64,000 nucleotides of DNA from Leucoraja ocellata (taxonomy: Eukaryota). Within the stretch, counting starts at the first letter, position 1; each line of letters opens with the position of its first letter. The DNA is taken from positions 1,736,001 through 1,800,000 of the forward strand of contig JAWMAR010000059.1 of assembly GCA_036785375.1 (NCBI GenBank), written 5' to 3'. Shown in pieces: positions 24,690-35,900 of this stretch. Both the position numbers and the translations under genes were made by a program. The notes beneath the pieces are model-generated. The model saw only the letters and a list, made by a program, of their open reading frames with translations, had not been told where the DNA came from and ran no database searches.

Positions 24690-25590
24690 GTGGTGCCCAC
24701 CAGATATTGTGCCCCAGGAGCTCACCAATAGGTGCCCACTGGAAGTTGTACCCCATGACTCACTGAGGGGTACTCCCCAGATGTTGCAACCCCACAATTC
24801 AACAATGGGCGCTCACCAGATGTTCTACTCCAGGGACTCCCCAATGGGCTGCAGATATACCTCAGTGAAATATCAATGGGTGCCAACCAGATGTTGTATC
24901 ACCATGACTTAAGCCCCTGTCACACTGTACGAGGAAATTCAAGAGTTCTCCTGAGTTTTCCCCCCGATTCAAACTCGGAGAATGTCCGTAGCAGGTCCGT
25001 AGGAGTTGGATGTTTCATCACAAGGATTTTTTTACTCATGGACATTTTTTGCAGGGATGAAAAAATGTCACGAGTTTACCGGATTTCCCGAGTACCTACC
25101 GTTAGCATTACGAGCCGCTACGTGGCATCCACAAACTCCTACGGACCAGGGGAAAACACGGGAGAACTCTTGAATTACCTCGTACAGTGGGACAGGGGGT
25201 TTACCAATGGGTGGTCTACAGATGTTGAACCCAAGGGACTCACCTATGGTTGCCCGCCAGATGTGGTACCTCAGGGACTCACCAATGGATGCTCCACAGA
25301 TGTTATACCCCAGTGATTGATCAATGGTGATTACCAGATGGTGGTTCTCCAGATGTTGCACTCTAGTGACTCAACAAGGGGTTGCCCCGCAATGGGTGGT
25401 ACCCAGATGCTGCATCGTAACTCAGCCATGGGTGCCCACCAGAAGTTGTACCCCAGGGACTCACCAATGGGTGCTCCCCAGATGTTGCACGACAGACTGG
25501 CCCAGAGGTACTAACCAGCTGATGTAAGCCAGTGGCCAGCCCTGGATTGCTGAGCAGATGTTGCTCCCCAGTGCCTCGCCAGATGTTGCG
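24690..25590. repeat. Degenerate ~39-bp minisatellite
   Basis: Approximate consensus caccaatgggtgcccaccagatgttgtaccccagggact; interrupted by a MITE. Confidence 0.8.
24912..25200. mobile_element. PIF/Harbinger-type MITE
   Basis: About 40-bp TIRs agcccctgtcacactgtacgagg...; TTA target duplication at 24909-24911 and 25201-25203. Confidence 0.85.
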
Positions 25591-28563
25591 CACTAGCAGC
25601 TACATCAACCAAGGTCGCCAACCCAGCACGGATGGACGGTCAGAGCAGACCCACCCTGGTCTGTGTGGCACCACTCTCCCTGCATCTTCCGAGGGACCAG
25701 CTGGTGTTGGTGAGCTCCCAGCTTCCACCCCACCACCAGTTAAGACTTCTGTTTTTGCTGCATGTCCTTGTAACCACCTCAAGAAAACTACATACAGCAG
25801 AATAGACACAAAATGGTGGAGTAACTCTGTGGGTCAGGCAGCATCTATGGAGAAATGCAATAGGTGATGTTTCGAGTCGAGACACTTCTTCGACTCTACA
25901 TACAGTTCTAGAGTCTGAAGAAGGGTCCTAGCCCAAAATGCTACCTGTTCCTTTTCTCCAGGGATGCTGCCTGTGACAACATGCCTCCAGCATTTTGTGT
26001 CTATCTATCTAAAGCAGCATCTGCAGTTCCTTCCTAGTTATTACTGGATTTGAGCAGAACACTTCATTGAATTGGGAACGGCGCAGTTTATAAAGGCGAG
26101 GCGAGACGTTCTCCAACGTCTCTCTGGGACGTTGGAGAAAACCAGAGGACCCACTGGAAGCTCTCACGGCCACATGGATAACATGCAAACTCCACCCAGA
26201 CAGCGCCCAAGGCGGGGATTGAACCCTGGTCCCTGGAGCTGTGAGGCAGTGGCTCTACTAGCAGCGCTGCCATGTCAACACGTGAGAAGATGGTTTTCTT
26301 TGCCAAGTCTGTGCCAACCATCCAGCAGCCACATCCATTAACCCTACACTAATCCCATCTCATTCTCCCTAAAATCCCCTCAACTCCCCCATAGTCAACA
26401 ACATTATTGCAGAGTTATTACAGAGATTACGCTTGCTCGAGACATAGTTGCACTGCCAGCTTTGCCCGCAAGCCGGTAGGATGCGGACAATCGGATAAAG
26501 TGGAGCATCAAAGGATGGAGGCAGGGTGCAGAGGTTTTGCAGGGCAATCGCTCTACAAAGCCTTGAGTGCACTGGGCATAAACGGAGTGGCGAGGAGAAA
26601 GGCCATCAGGAACACCACAGAGGCAGCGTAGAAGGCCTCGAGATGGCTCTGGGTCAGGAGAGGAGGTCCATGGGGAGGAGCGAATTCCACCTGAACACAA
26701 GTCGTGGTCTGATCAACCACGGCTGGGTCGCCTGGGTGAGGGTGTCTGATGTTGAAAGACCCGAAACACCCAATGGACCCCAGGTTACATCACTGTTGAT
26801 GTGTTCAGGAGCATCAGTAGATGTATTTGTATCAAAAACAGCATCGACAAAATACATTGGATCAGTCGGTTCCCATTGAGTAATATTAGGACGGAGAAGA
26901 AACATAGAAACATAGAAATTAGGTGCAGGAGTAGGCCATTCGGCCATTCGAGCCTGCACCGCCATTCAATATGATCATGGCTGATCATCCAACTCAGTAT
27001 CCCGTACCTGCCTTCTCTCCATACCCCCTGATCCCCTTAGCCACAAGGGCCACATCTAACTCCCTCAACTACCCTCTCTGGCAGAGAGTTCCAGAGATTC
27101 ACCACTCTCTGTGTGAAGGGGGGGAAGGGAGGGGGGGAAGAGTGTGGCGTTTCCACTGAAGCTGTGAAGACCAAAGGCAGGGTTAAATACAGTAGGTGAA
27201 GAGTTTGCATACCGTGCGGTTGGGGAATATCGCACCAACTGAGATAAAACGGTTGCTGAAAGAGAGGAGGGGGAATTGGAAGGGAAGGTGCGGCTGGGAA
27301 TATCGGAGGCATGGAATACCGGGGAAGGGAGGGCAGGAACGGATACACGGCTGAAACAAAGTGAGAAGAGGCAGAAGGATTAGTTCTGGGTTACTCAAGC
27401 AAAGCAGAGTATTACAAACTATCAGTGCAATCTGTAGAAGAGAAAATAGATCTTTGGGGAGAAACAGTCAGGATATTTAATCAAAACACAGCATATTAGT
27501 AGCTCTACTCAATATCCAGAAGTCTGTAGCCCCCTTTTGCTCTGGTATTTTATTTCATTCACAAGTTTAAACTATAATGTTTTATTATTAACGTTTAATG
27601 TTTTATGTGTCATTATTAATTGTTACTTGTGAGCGGAGCACCAAGGCAAATTCCTTGTATGTGAACATGCTTGGCCAATAATCGTATTCATTCATCTTTC
27701 CCCGGCTGGGTTTATGCAGCGGGGCAGACACAAGGCTTCCCCAAAATAACCCGACTACAACCAGCTACCTATCGAAACCCTCCCCCCCCCCTCACCTGTG
27801 TTCACCTATTACCTGCCAGGCTTTGTCCTGCCTCTCCTCTCTACCACCTTTCTTCCCCCCCTCGCCCACTGCAATCATTCTGAAGAAGGGTCCCAACACG
27901 AAATGTCGCCTATCCATGTTCCTTAGAGATGCTGCCTGACCCGCTGAGTTATTCCAGCACTTTGTGTCCTTTAGTTGGTAAACGAGCATCTGCAATTCCT
28001 CCCCAATTTTACCGAAGCCAATTAACCTACAAACCTGCACGTCTTTGGAGAGCGGGAGGAAGCCAGAGCACCTGGCGAAAACCCACGTGGTCCCGGGGAG
28101 AACGTACAAACTCAGTACAGGCAGCACCCGTGGTCAGGATCGAACCAGGGTCTCTGGTGCCATGAGGCAGCAACTCCACACCTGCACTACACTCCCATGT
28201 CCATGTTACGCTTTGTCTTGCCCACACCTTGCATAGGTGTCTCTATTATCCATGTGTTCCAGGGATGAGTGTAGGGCCTAGGAGATGGAAAGCTCCCTTC
28301 CGTTGGCTCCATGTACACCACTCTAACTCGCCAAATGGAAGTGGGCAACCTTGGGTCAACGCTGTGTGGCAGATCCATTCCCCAATGGGCGTGCCCTTCC
28401 CAAATACCCTGGGCACCTACACATCTACACAGATGTTGCATCGGCCCATCCCACCGCGAGCAAGGGGTTAGCTGACATGCACACCAGCAATCGCACCACC
28501 ATGCTCTACCATGCTCTACCAAGCTGCACCCAGCTCTACCAAGCTCTTTTAAGCATCTAATAC

Positions 28564-28719
28564 CTGAGGCGAGCGGGCGAGGCGGCACCATCCTGATTGG
28601 CAGCGGCGGGCGGCGACATCATGGGGTTAGCGAGAGCGGGTTGGCCGGCCGGAGCGGGGGGAGGGGCCGGGTGGGCGGAGCTGGTCGCCGGCCAGGCGGT
28701 CTGCACATGCTCAATGGGA
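28564..28719 (-). CDS. LDB3: LDB3 cassette exon, homologue of the mammalian STPIEHAPV Pro/Ala-rich exon
   Basis: Branch-like gctaac, then tgcttttccttccgcgcttgggaccag acceptor and CAG|gtatt donor; 156 nt, phase 2 to 2; (S)PIEHVQTAWPATSSAHPAPPPAPAGQPALANPMMSPPAAANQDGAASPARL. This frame is not in the supplied ORF track. Confidence 0.85.
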
Positions 28720-30351
28720 CTGGTCCCAAGCGCGGAAGGAAAAGCACATGGTTAGCCCAGCCTGATACCCACACAACCCACCCAGAACCAGGGCCAGCTG
28801 GACACCACAGCAACAGCAACATAGACTGGGCATCTCACACTAACACGCTCTATATAGACACATAATGCTGGAGGTACTCAGCCGGTCAGGCAGCATCTCT
28901 GGAGAGAAGGAATAGGTGACGCTTCGGCCAGAAACCCTGTTTCAGACCTGAAACAGCAACTATTCCTTTTCTCCAAAGAGGTTCCTGACCCACTGTTATT
29001 CCAGTAGTTTGTGTCTATCTTAGGTTTAAACCAGCATTTGCAGTTCCTTCCTACACATAACAGGCCTGGGCTGAAGGGCAGGCACCCTTGAGTCATACAG
29101 CATGAATCAGGCCCTTCGGCCCAACTCCTCCATGCTGACCAACATGCCCATTTACCCCGGTCCCCATTTGCCTGCGTTTGACCCACATGAGGAGGAATTT
29201 CTTTAGCCAGAGGGTGGTGAATCTGTTGAATTGATTCATTGCCACAGATGGATGTGGAGGCCAAGTCGTTTAAGCGGAGAGTGACAGGCTCTGTGTGAGG
29301 AAGGGGGTCAAAGATTATGGGGAGAAGGCAGGAGAATGGGGTTGAGAGGGAAAGTTAGATCAGCCCTGATCGAATGGCGGAGCAGAATCGATGGGCCAAA
29401 TGGCCTAATTTTTCTCCTATATCCTATATCCCTCTGCACGTTTCCTATCCAGTTCTGACGACAAGGGAAGTGTATGGCCACTCCTGGTGATGAAGGGCCA
29501 TAAAGCCACAGGATGCTTTGGGTTTTGTGAAGAGGATTATTTTGAAGTTGTACAGAGACTGTTCAGCGTGCCAGCGCTCCTAGCTGCCGTTGTGTAAGCG
29601 TCTCTGGGACGTTAACATGCCTGGTTAATTCTCAATGTGGCTGGAAAAGCATCACTGAGCAAAGCTAAACCTTGGCAGAGCGGATCACACAGGCTACAGG
29701 TATTCCCCACTCCCGGCATTCCCAATCCCTGATCCAGACCAGAGACCGGAGAGGGCCCAGCTCCGGCAGTCAGGAACTCGGAGAGCTTAGAATAACATGC
29801 CGGAGGATTTTTTTTACTCTAGTTTAGTTTGGAGATACACAGCGCGGAAACAGGCCCTTCGGCCCACCGAGTCCGTGCCGACCAGCGATCCCCACACACT
29901 AAGGTGTGTGGATTCTCACAGATAAAGGACCCTGCAATTAAGGCATTGTCATCAGTAAAACATAGAAAAGTCAGAATAAAACACAGATGCTGAAACGCTA
30001 AAATATAAGCAGAAAAGGCTGCACATTCTCAGCAGGTCAGGCCGCATCTGTGGGAAGAGAAACAGAGCTGACATTTCATGTCAGATAAGTATTAAGACGG
30101 ATCGCAGTTTGTCAAAAGCAAAGTGTTTGGATAAAACCCTCTTCAGAGTGTTTCAGGGGTCCAAGGCAGACTTTGGTGGGTTGATGTCTTCTGAGGCATC
30201 GTCCAAGATGGTCACCTTGGACAGGTGGAGGTGAGGTTGGCCACAGTGCCAGTAATACTGTGGCCAGCCAGCAGAGGGCCTCTGCACCGGCATTGCCCAG
30301 CACCCAGCCTGGAGCTGAATGTCTCCCCCTCCCCACCACCACCTCGGTTAC

Positions 30352-30377
30352 CTGTCACTGACACTGGGCCTGGTTTA
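30352..30377 (-). CDS. Candidate 26-nt LDB3 microexon (phase 2 to 1)
   Basis: Acceptor ...cctttaatggtcag with upstream gctaat and UGC motifs, donor CAG|gtaacc; reads KPGPVSVT. Confidence 0.3.
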
Positions 30378-31142
30378 CTGACCATTAAAGGCCATGGAAA
30401 CGGCAGCAGCCCACAATCTCAACAGAAAATATTAGCATTGACGCTGGAGCACGATTACTCTCTCCACAGACGCTGACTGACCAGCTGAGTGTTTCTAAAA
30501 CTTTGTGTCCTTCTTCTCAGCTGTTATCAGGCAACTGAACCATCCTACCAACAACTAGAGAGCAGTTCTGAGCTACTGTCCACCTCATTGAAGACCTGCA
30601 GACTCTCTTTGATTGGACCTTACTGGAGTTATTCACGTTATTCCCCATATCATGTATCTGTACACTGCGGACGGCTCGATTGTAATCATGTAGTCTTTCC
30701 ACTGACTGGTTAGCACGCGCTAAAGCTTTTCACTGTACATTGGTACACATGACAATAAACTTAACTGAACTGAACTCTATTCACAAATGCTGCCTGTCCT
30801 GCTGAGTGTTTCCAGCATTTTGTTTCAGATTTCCATCGTCTGTGGGGGAGGGGTGGATGAGTGCATTGTAGGTAAGGTTGACAACATTGTCATTTGATAA
30901 CGGTTTGATTGTTGATTGCAAACTGCCTGTGGCAGTCTTGATCTTTTCCCCTCTCTGGAACAAATGGAATAAAAGCTCCTTGTGAAGGAAGAACACAACG
31001 GTGATGAACTGACTTTAGTGTTCGTCTTCTAGGTCTGCACAAATACTTGAGGGTCTTCAAGGCACAACAGAAATCTTTATCACATTACGTCAATGCTCTG
31101 CTTGCAGCAAGACAACTCAAAATGGCTGCACACAGAGAATAA

Positions 31143-31530
31143 ACCAAAGATCCTATAGCGGAGCCAGATTACCATTCCTTGTAAATGCAATGGGCCGACA
31201 TGTAGTATGTAACGGAGCGGAACGTGGGCCTTTTTTTCATCCATTTCAGTAACCGGACCCGACCCGACCCGACTCGCAGTGCAATCAGCGTTACGGGGGA
31301 ACAGTTTGTCTTAATAAATCTGAAAATGAGAAGATCTTTCCCAAATAACTTTTATTTTTACGAGGATGTTTCCGTAACCGGCTTCCGTCTCCGCACTAGT
31401 ATCTTTGCTCCTCTATGGGATCTTTGGTGCGGAGACGGAAGCCGGTTACGGAAATGGGGTCGACAATTACCCATGAATCTGCCCATGACCGTACTACGCC
31501 TTTTTCGTCGAGTGGTCTATCTTGCTCGTT
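31143..31530. mobile_element. Unclassified CpG-rich element with nested inverted repeats
   Basis: Hairpin tccgtaaccggcttccgtctccgcac / gtgcggagacggaagccggttacgga; accaaagatcctatag at the left is inverted at about 31405-31429. Confidence 0.55.
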
Positions 31531-32582
31531 ACAAGACATCTCCCTTTGTCCTGTGGAGCTCCACCTACTGCACGGGAGGAGCAACGGGTCCTCCCACCCC
31601 ACACAGTCCACCAAACATCACACTGACTATCACAGGCCAGGTCATTGTCCACAGTGGGCCGCTGCAGCCCAGCGTCCCGAGTCAGCAACACCATAGCATG
31701 GCACCCGTGATCAAACCTTTGCCTCTGACCCACCTCACATCCATCGGTCTCCGTGACCACTGCTTTACCAGAGACACCACCCAGGAATATACTATTCACC
31801 CGGTCTTTCATGAACCTTCACTGGGGTATCGTTTGTCTTCGCTCTGCGTCTCATGACTTCTTGCTGACTTTAACAAGGTGCTCTGTCAAAGCCCAGACAA
31901 CAAGGGACGTTTGTGGGGAGTGAAGTCAAGGCAAGATCACCACATCACTGACTTGATAGGACACAACAAAAAAAGCTTTTCACTGTACCTCGGTGCACCC
32001 GGCAATAAACTAAACTAAACTAAACCAAATGAAACTAAACTACACTCTGACTGTGGGCCAAAACCAGAACAATCTTCACATCTCCAGAACTCTCCATAGC
32101 AACACATAGTCTTCAGATAAATCTGCATGATTTAACACTGGCCTTCCTCTCTTCACCAGCCAGTTTACTTCAGGGATGGAAACAGGCCCTTCGGCCCACA
32201 GAGTCTGTGCCTACCATCGATCACCTGCATACTAGTTCTATCCTACACACCAGGGACAATTTACGAAGGCCAATTAACCTACAAACCTGCACATCTTTGG
32301 GATGTGGGAGGAAAGCAGAGCATCCAGAGGAAACCCACGCGGTAACAGGTAGAATTTACAAACTCTGTACAGACACCACCCGGGTCTCTTTTGCTGTAAG
32401 AGAGCCACTCTACCGCTGCGCCACCGTGCCGCCCATATTGTGCTCTTGTTTTACAGGGAACCCTCAGTACTGGAGGATCGGCAAGTCATCTCCCAGGGAG
32501 GACAGGGGAGAGCGGAGCCTCAGTGAGGCTGCGAGTTGGCAGGTCACAAACAGGTCAGTGAAGACTCACTCCTGCAGGGGAG

Positions 32583-32950
32583 AAGATGGCACCTCACCCT
32601 CAGTTCACTCAAGATGGCACCTCACTCTCAGTACACTCAAGATGGCACCTCACCCTCAGTACACTCAAGATGGCACCTCGCCTATGGTACACACAAGATG
32701 GCACCTCACCCTCAGTACACACAAGATGGCACCTCGCCCATGGTACACACAAGATGGCACCTCACCCTCAGTACACACAAGATGGCACCTCGCCCATGGT
32801 ACACACAAGATGGCACCTCACCCTCAGTACACTCAAGATGGCACCTCGCCCATGGTACACACACATGGATGGCACCTCATCAACACTACACGCACGTGAG
32901 ATGGCACCTTGCCCATGGTACAAATGAGATGGCACTTCTCCCTCAGTGCA
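32583..32950. repeat. 28-bp minisatellite with a 56-bp higher-order (A/B) pattern
   Basis: Units aagatggcacctcaccctcagtacac(t/a)c and aagatggcacctcgcccatggtacacac, order AAABABABAB, then degenerate. Confidence 0.92.
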
Positions 32951-35900
32951 CATCTGATATTGTGCTTCACCTGCAGTACCAGTGAGATTTATCTCATCCA
33001 CAAAATATATATTGTAAATTATGTCATTATTGTTATGATTAGACATAAGATGCAAATCAAATGCTGCTCCAAACACCATCCCTGGAAGTAAAATGGAGGT
33101 AGAGACAGAGGTCGATTCTCTTGTGAGTGGAGCCACAGTGGCGTGAATCACTGACACTGCACAGCTCACACTGGCAGTGACCCGTCTGAAATAAAGAGAG
33201 TGAGAACAGAAGGGGAAATACAAATGGGGGCTAGGGAGAGAGGATGGGGCGGAGATGGAGAGAGTGGTAGAGAGGGCGACTGGTAAAAATAGAGAGAGGA
33301 AGGTAGGGAAAGAGGAAGGCAGAAGGGATGAGGTAGCAAGAGAGATGGTGAGGGAGGTAGACAATAGTGGGAGGAAGGGAGGTAGAGAGAGGTAGAGAAA
33401 GAAATGGAGATAGGGAGGTAGAGATGGCGGGAGAGACATAGAGGTAGAGAGAGAGAGTGAGGTAGAGGGCGGTAGAGAGAGAGAGAGAGGGGAAGATAGT
33501 GAGGGGATGAAAAAGAGAGGAAGGCAGAGAGGGACAGGTAAAGACACACGATACAACGCCTGTGCATCACCTGTTTTCTGCAGGCTCAGGGGGATAGCAG
33601 GGAGAAGGAGGCTGAAGGGCCTAGAGGCAGTGCGACCAGAATTACAAAAGAGAAACTCCTGAAGAGCCAGGCTGCTCATAAACAAGCCTGAGTGTCTAGC
33701 TGTGATTCCTGATTGGCGGCAGCAGGCCGCGCCCCGTCCACGATACAACAGATGAAGAGCGAGGAATCTCCGTTTTACACAGAGGTTGACCGGAGTCACA
33801 GGAGGTTTCATGAAGATAGAAACAGACAGCTGCCTCTGGGCTCCCGGTCGATGAACCACATGGCCTTCTCCGCTGGGGAGAGGTGAAGACTCATGCCTGG
33901 TTGGAACGATTGAGAAGGCAGCGACTATCTCCGCAAGCTCGCACAGCAAGGATGGACTAGAACCTCTGGCACCTCCCAGCGGTTGGTCAACTTACTGAGT
34001 TAGGTGGACCTCCAGCTTCACCCTGGCCTGCCACAATGCAACAGATATTGTTCACCAAATGCTTGAGTGCATCAGATGGCAATGTCGGAATCAATATTCT
34101 TCCAGCACAGTAATGACCAGGTCCACCGACACTGGTGCCAGCCTAGGTGGCCAACGGAGAAGATGATGTCCCTTCCTCCCACCGCTGTGGTTGGAGGGAT
34201 GGTACAACACACACACTCTCCCACCCACGTTTGCATCGTTGCTAGCTCAGGCTACTTTGTGCAGGGGCCTGAACCAGTCAACAGTGCAATATGGAGCCCA
34301 CCAACGGAAGGTCTTTGGTGCTGGAACACTGGATTGCCCCCAGTGGCCACGCCGTAGCAAACGATCTTAGTGGGGCAAGTCTAACAGCACCCCCACAACC
34401 CAGCGGGACCTTGGTCCCATCTCCGCAAAAGTCCACGAGCCAAGACGCCTCGAGGGTTTGTAAGTTCAATAGAGTTGCTGACCTCAAATGATGCACCTCC
34501 ATGTCACAGGGGGCAAATGGGCCTCTCGTTTGGAAAGAACTTCTGACCTCCATTTTGGGCTCCAGCTTGGCCAAACAACAGCGGACCCTCCGCCACTGGA
34601 GACGAGCCGGAACTCATACACGGCCGAGCGTTGGGGCCTCTTGGCGCCGGAGACTCGTGCCCGCGGGCGTCTGTCCTTTCCGTGACGGTGGGGCGTGTGG
34701 CAGCAGGGCGTGGAGTGAGGCTGTGCAGGGTCGAGCAGTGCAAGTTGTGGGTGGGGGAGTGACGTGCCAACACACACACACACACAACTGTGGAGCCGCC
34801 TGGGTCGGCAGGCCGGAGGTTGGCAGTGAGACGAGTAGAGACAAACTCAAGAAAAACCTGAAGGAGCAAAATAAAGTTGGTGAACTTGTGCTGAGGAGTT
34901 GCAGACCCATGCAGGCACGTGATTAGCTGACACACAAAAAAACACACTCTCCAACAATGGTATTTTGGGCTGCCTTTATTTCTGTGGTGCCGACATTTGT
35001 AGCGGGACAAAAAAAAACCCGATCAACAGCCAGGTGAGGTAGCGAGGTGGCAACTTTTCTTCAGGCTTCCAGCAGCATCTAGGCCTTTGGGTCAATGTCT
35101 ATCCATCCCACCTCCCTGTTGCTAATCCCTCTACATGCACGTGTGTGTGGGGCATGTGGGGTGGACCTGGAGTGTAGGGGGGGAGGGGGGGAGGGGGTGA
35201 GTGGGGGGGGGAAAGGGGGCCAGGTGACCGAACATTTGAGGAGACAACTGCAGAGGACAGACAACAGGAGAAAACAAATAGCTGTTGCTAGAATTCTTGG
35301 TGGCGGCAGGAGAATAGAGGAGCCCCTCAAATGGGCTTTTGGTTGGCCTTGGGCGGAGGTGAGGATGGACATCAGACCCCTTCAGTTTGAAAGGCGTTCC
35401 TTTCTCCACTACCCAAGGCTGACCAATTTCCCCAGGCAACACACGAATAGAAGACTCCTCAAATGGTCCGTTGGGTTTTTCGTTGGCCTTGGGCGGAGGT
35501 CAGGAGGGTCATCGGACTTACAGGCGTTCACTCAGACCGTCCCGTATCCTCCACCACCCCAAGACCGACCAATTTTGCCCGACCATTTTGGGACACTTCA
35601 GTCCATCAGCAGATTCCAGATTTTGGGAGGACAGCTGCAGATTAAGACAGAGGTGAGAGGAGGCCTCGCATCGCACTGTGGCCGCGACCCAGAGTGACGT
35701 CTTCTAGCAACAGCTTTAGCACGGAGACAGGGTTTCACTGGGGACACAGGGCAGCCAGACATGGACACACACACACACACACACACACATAACCAGCCAC
35801 TGCACAGCGCAGACCACAAACACTGGAGCAATCACCCTGGAGCTCAGAGCATCTGACTGAGACAATCCCAGTCCATCCATGGAGGCTGACCTGCCTTCTC

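Noticed and set aside
28560-28720. CpG-island promoter with CCAAT and GC boxes
   Set aside because: The GC richness is explained by the Pro/Ala-coding LDB3 exon.
32583-32950. CRISPR-like array, or a 230-aa repeat protein
   Set aside because: There are no unique spacers or cas genes and the DNA is a vertebrate intron; the ORFs are open only because the unit lacks stops.
32768-33949. 393-aa ORF (also 40292-41035 and 56709-57307)
   Set aside because: They span CT/GA low-complexity tracts and have no recognisable domain.
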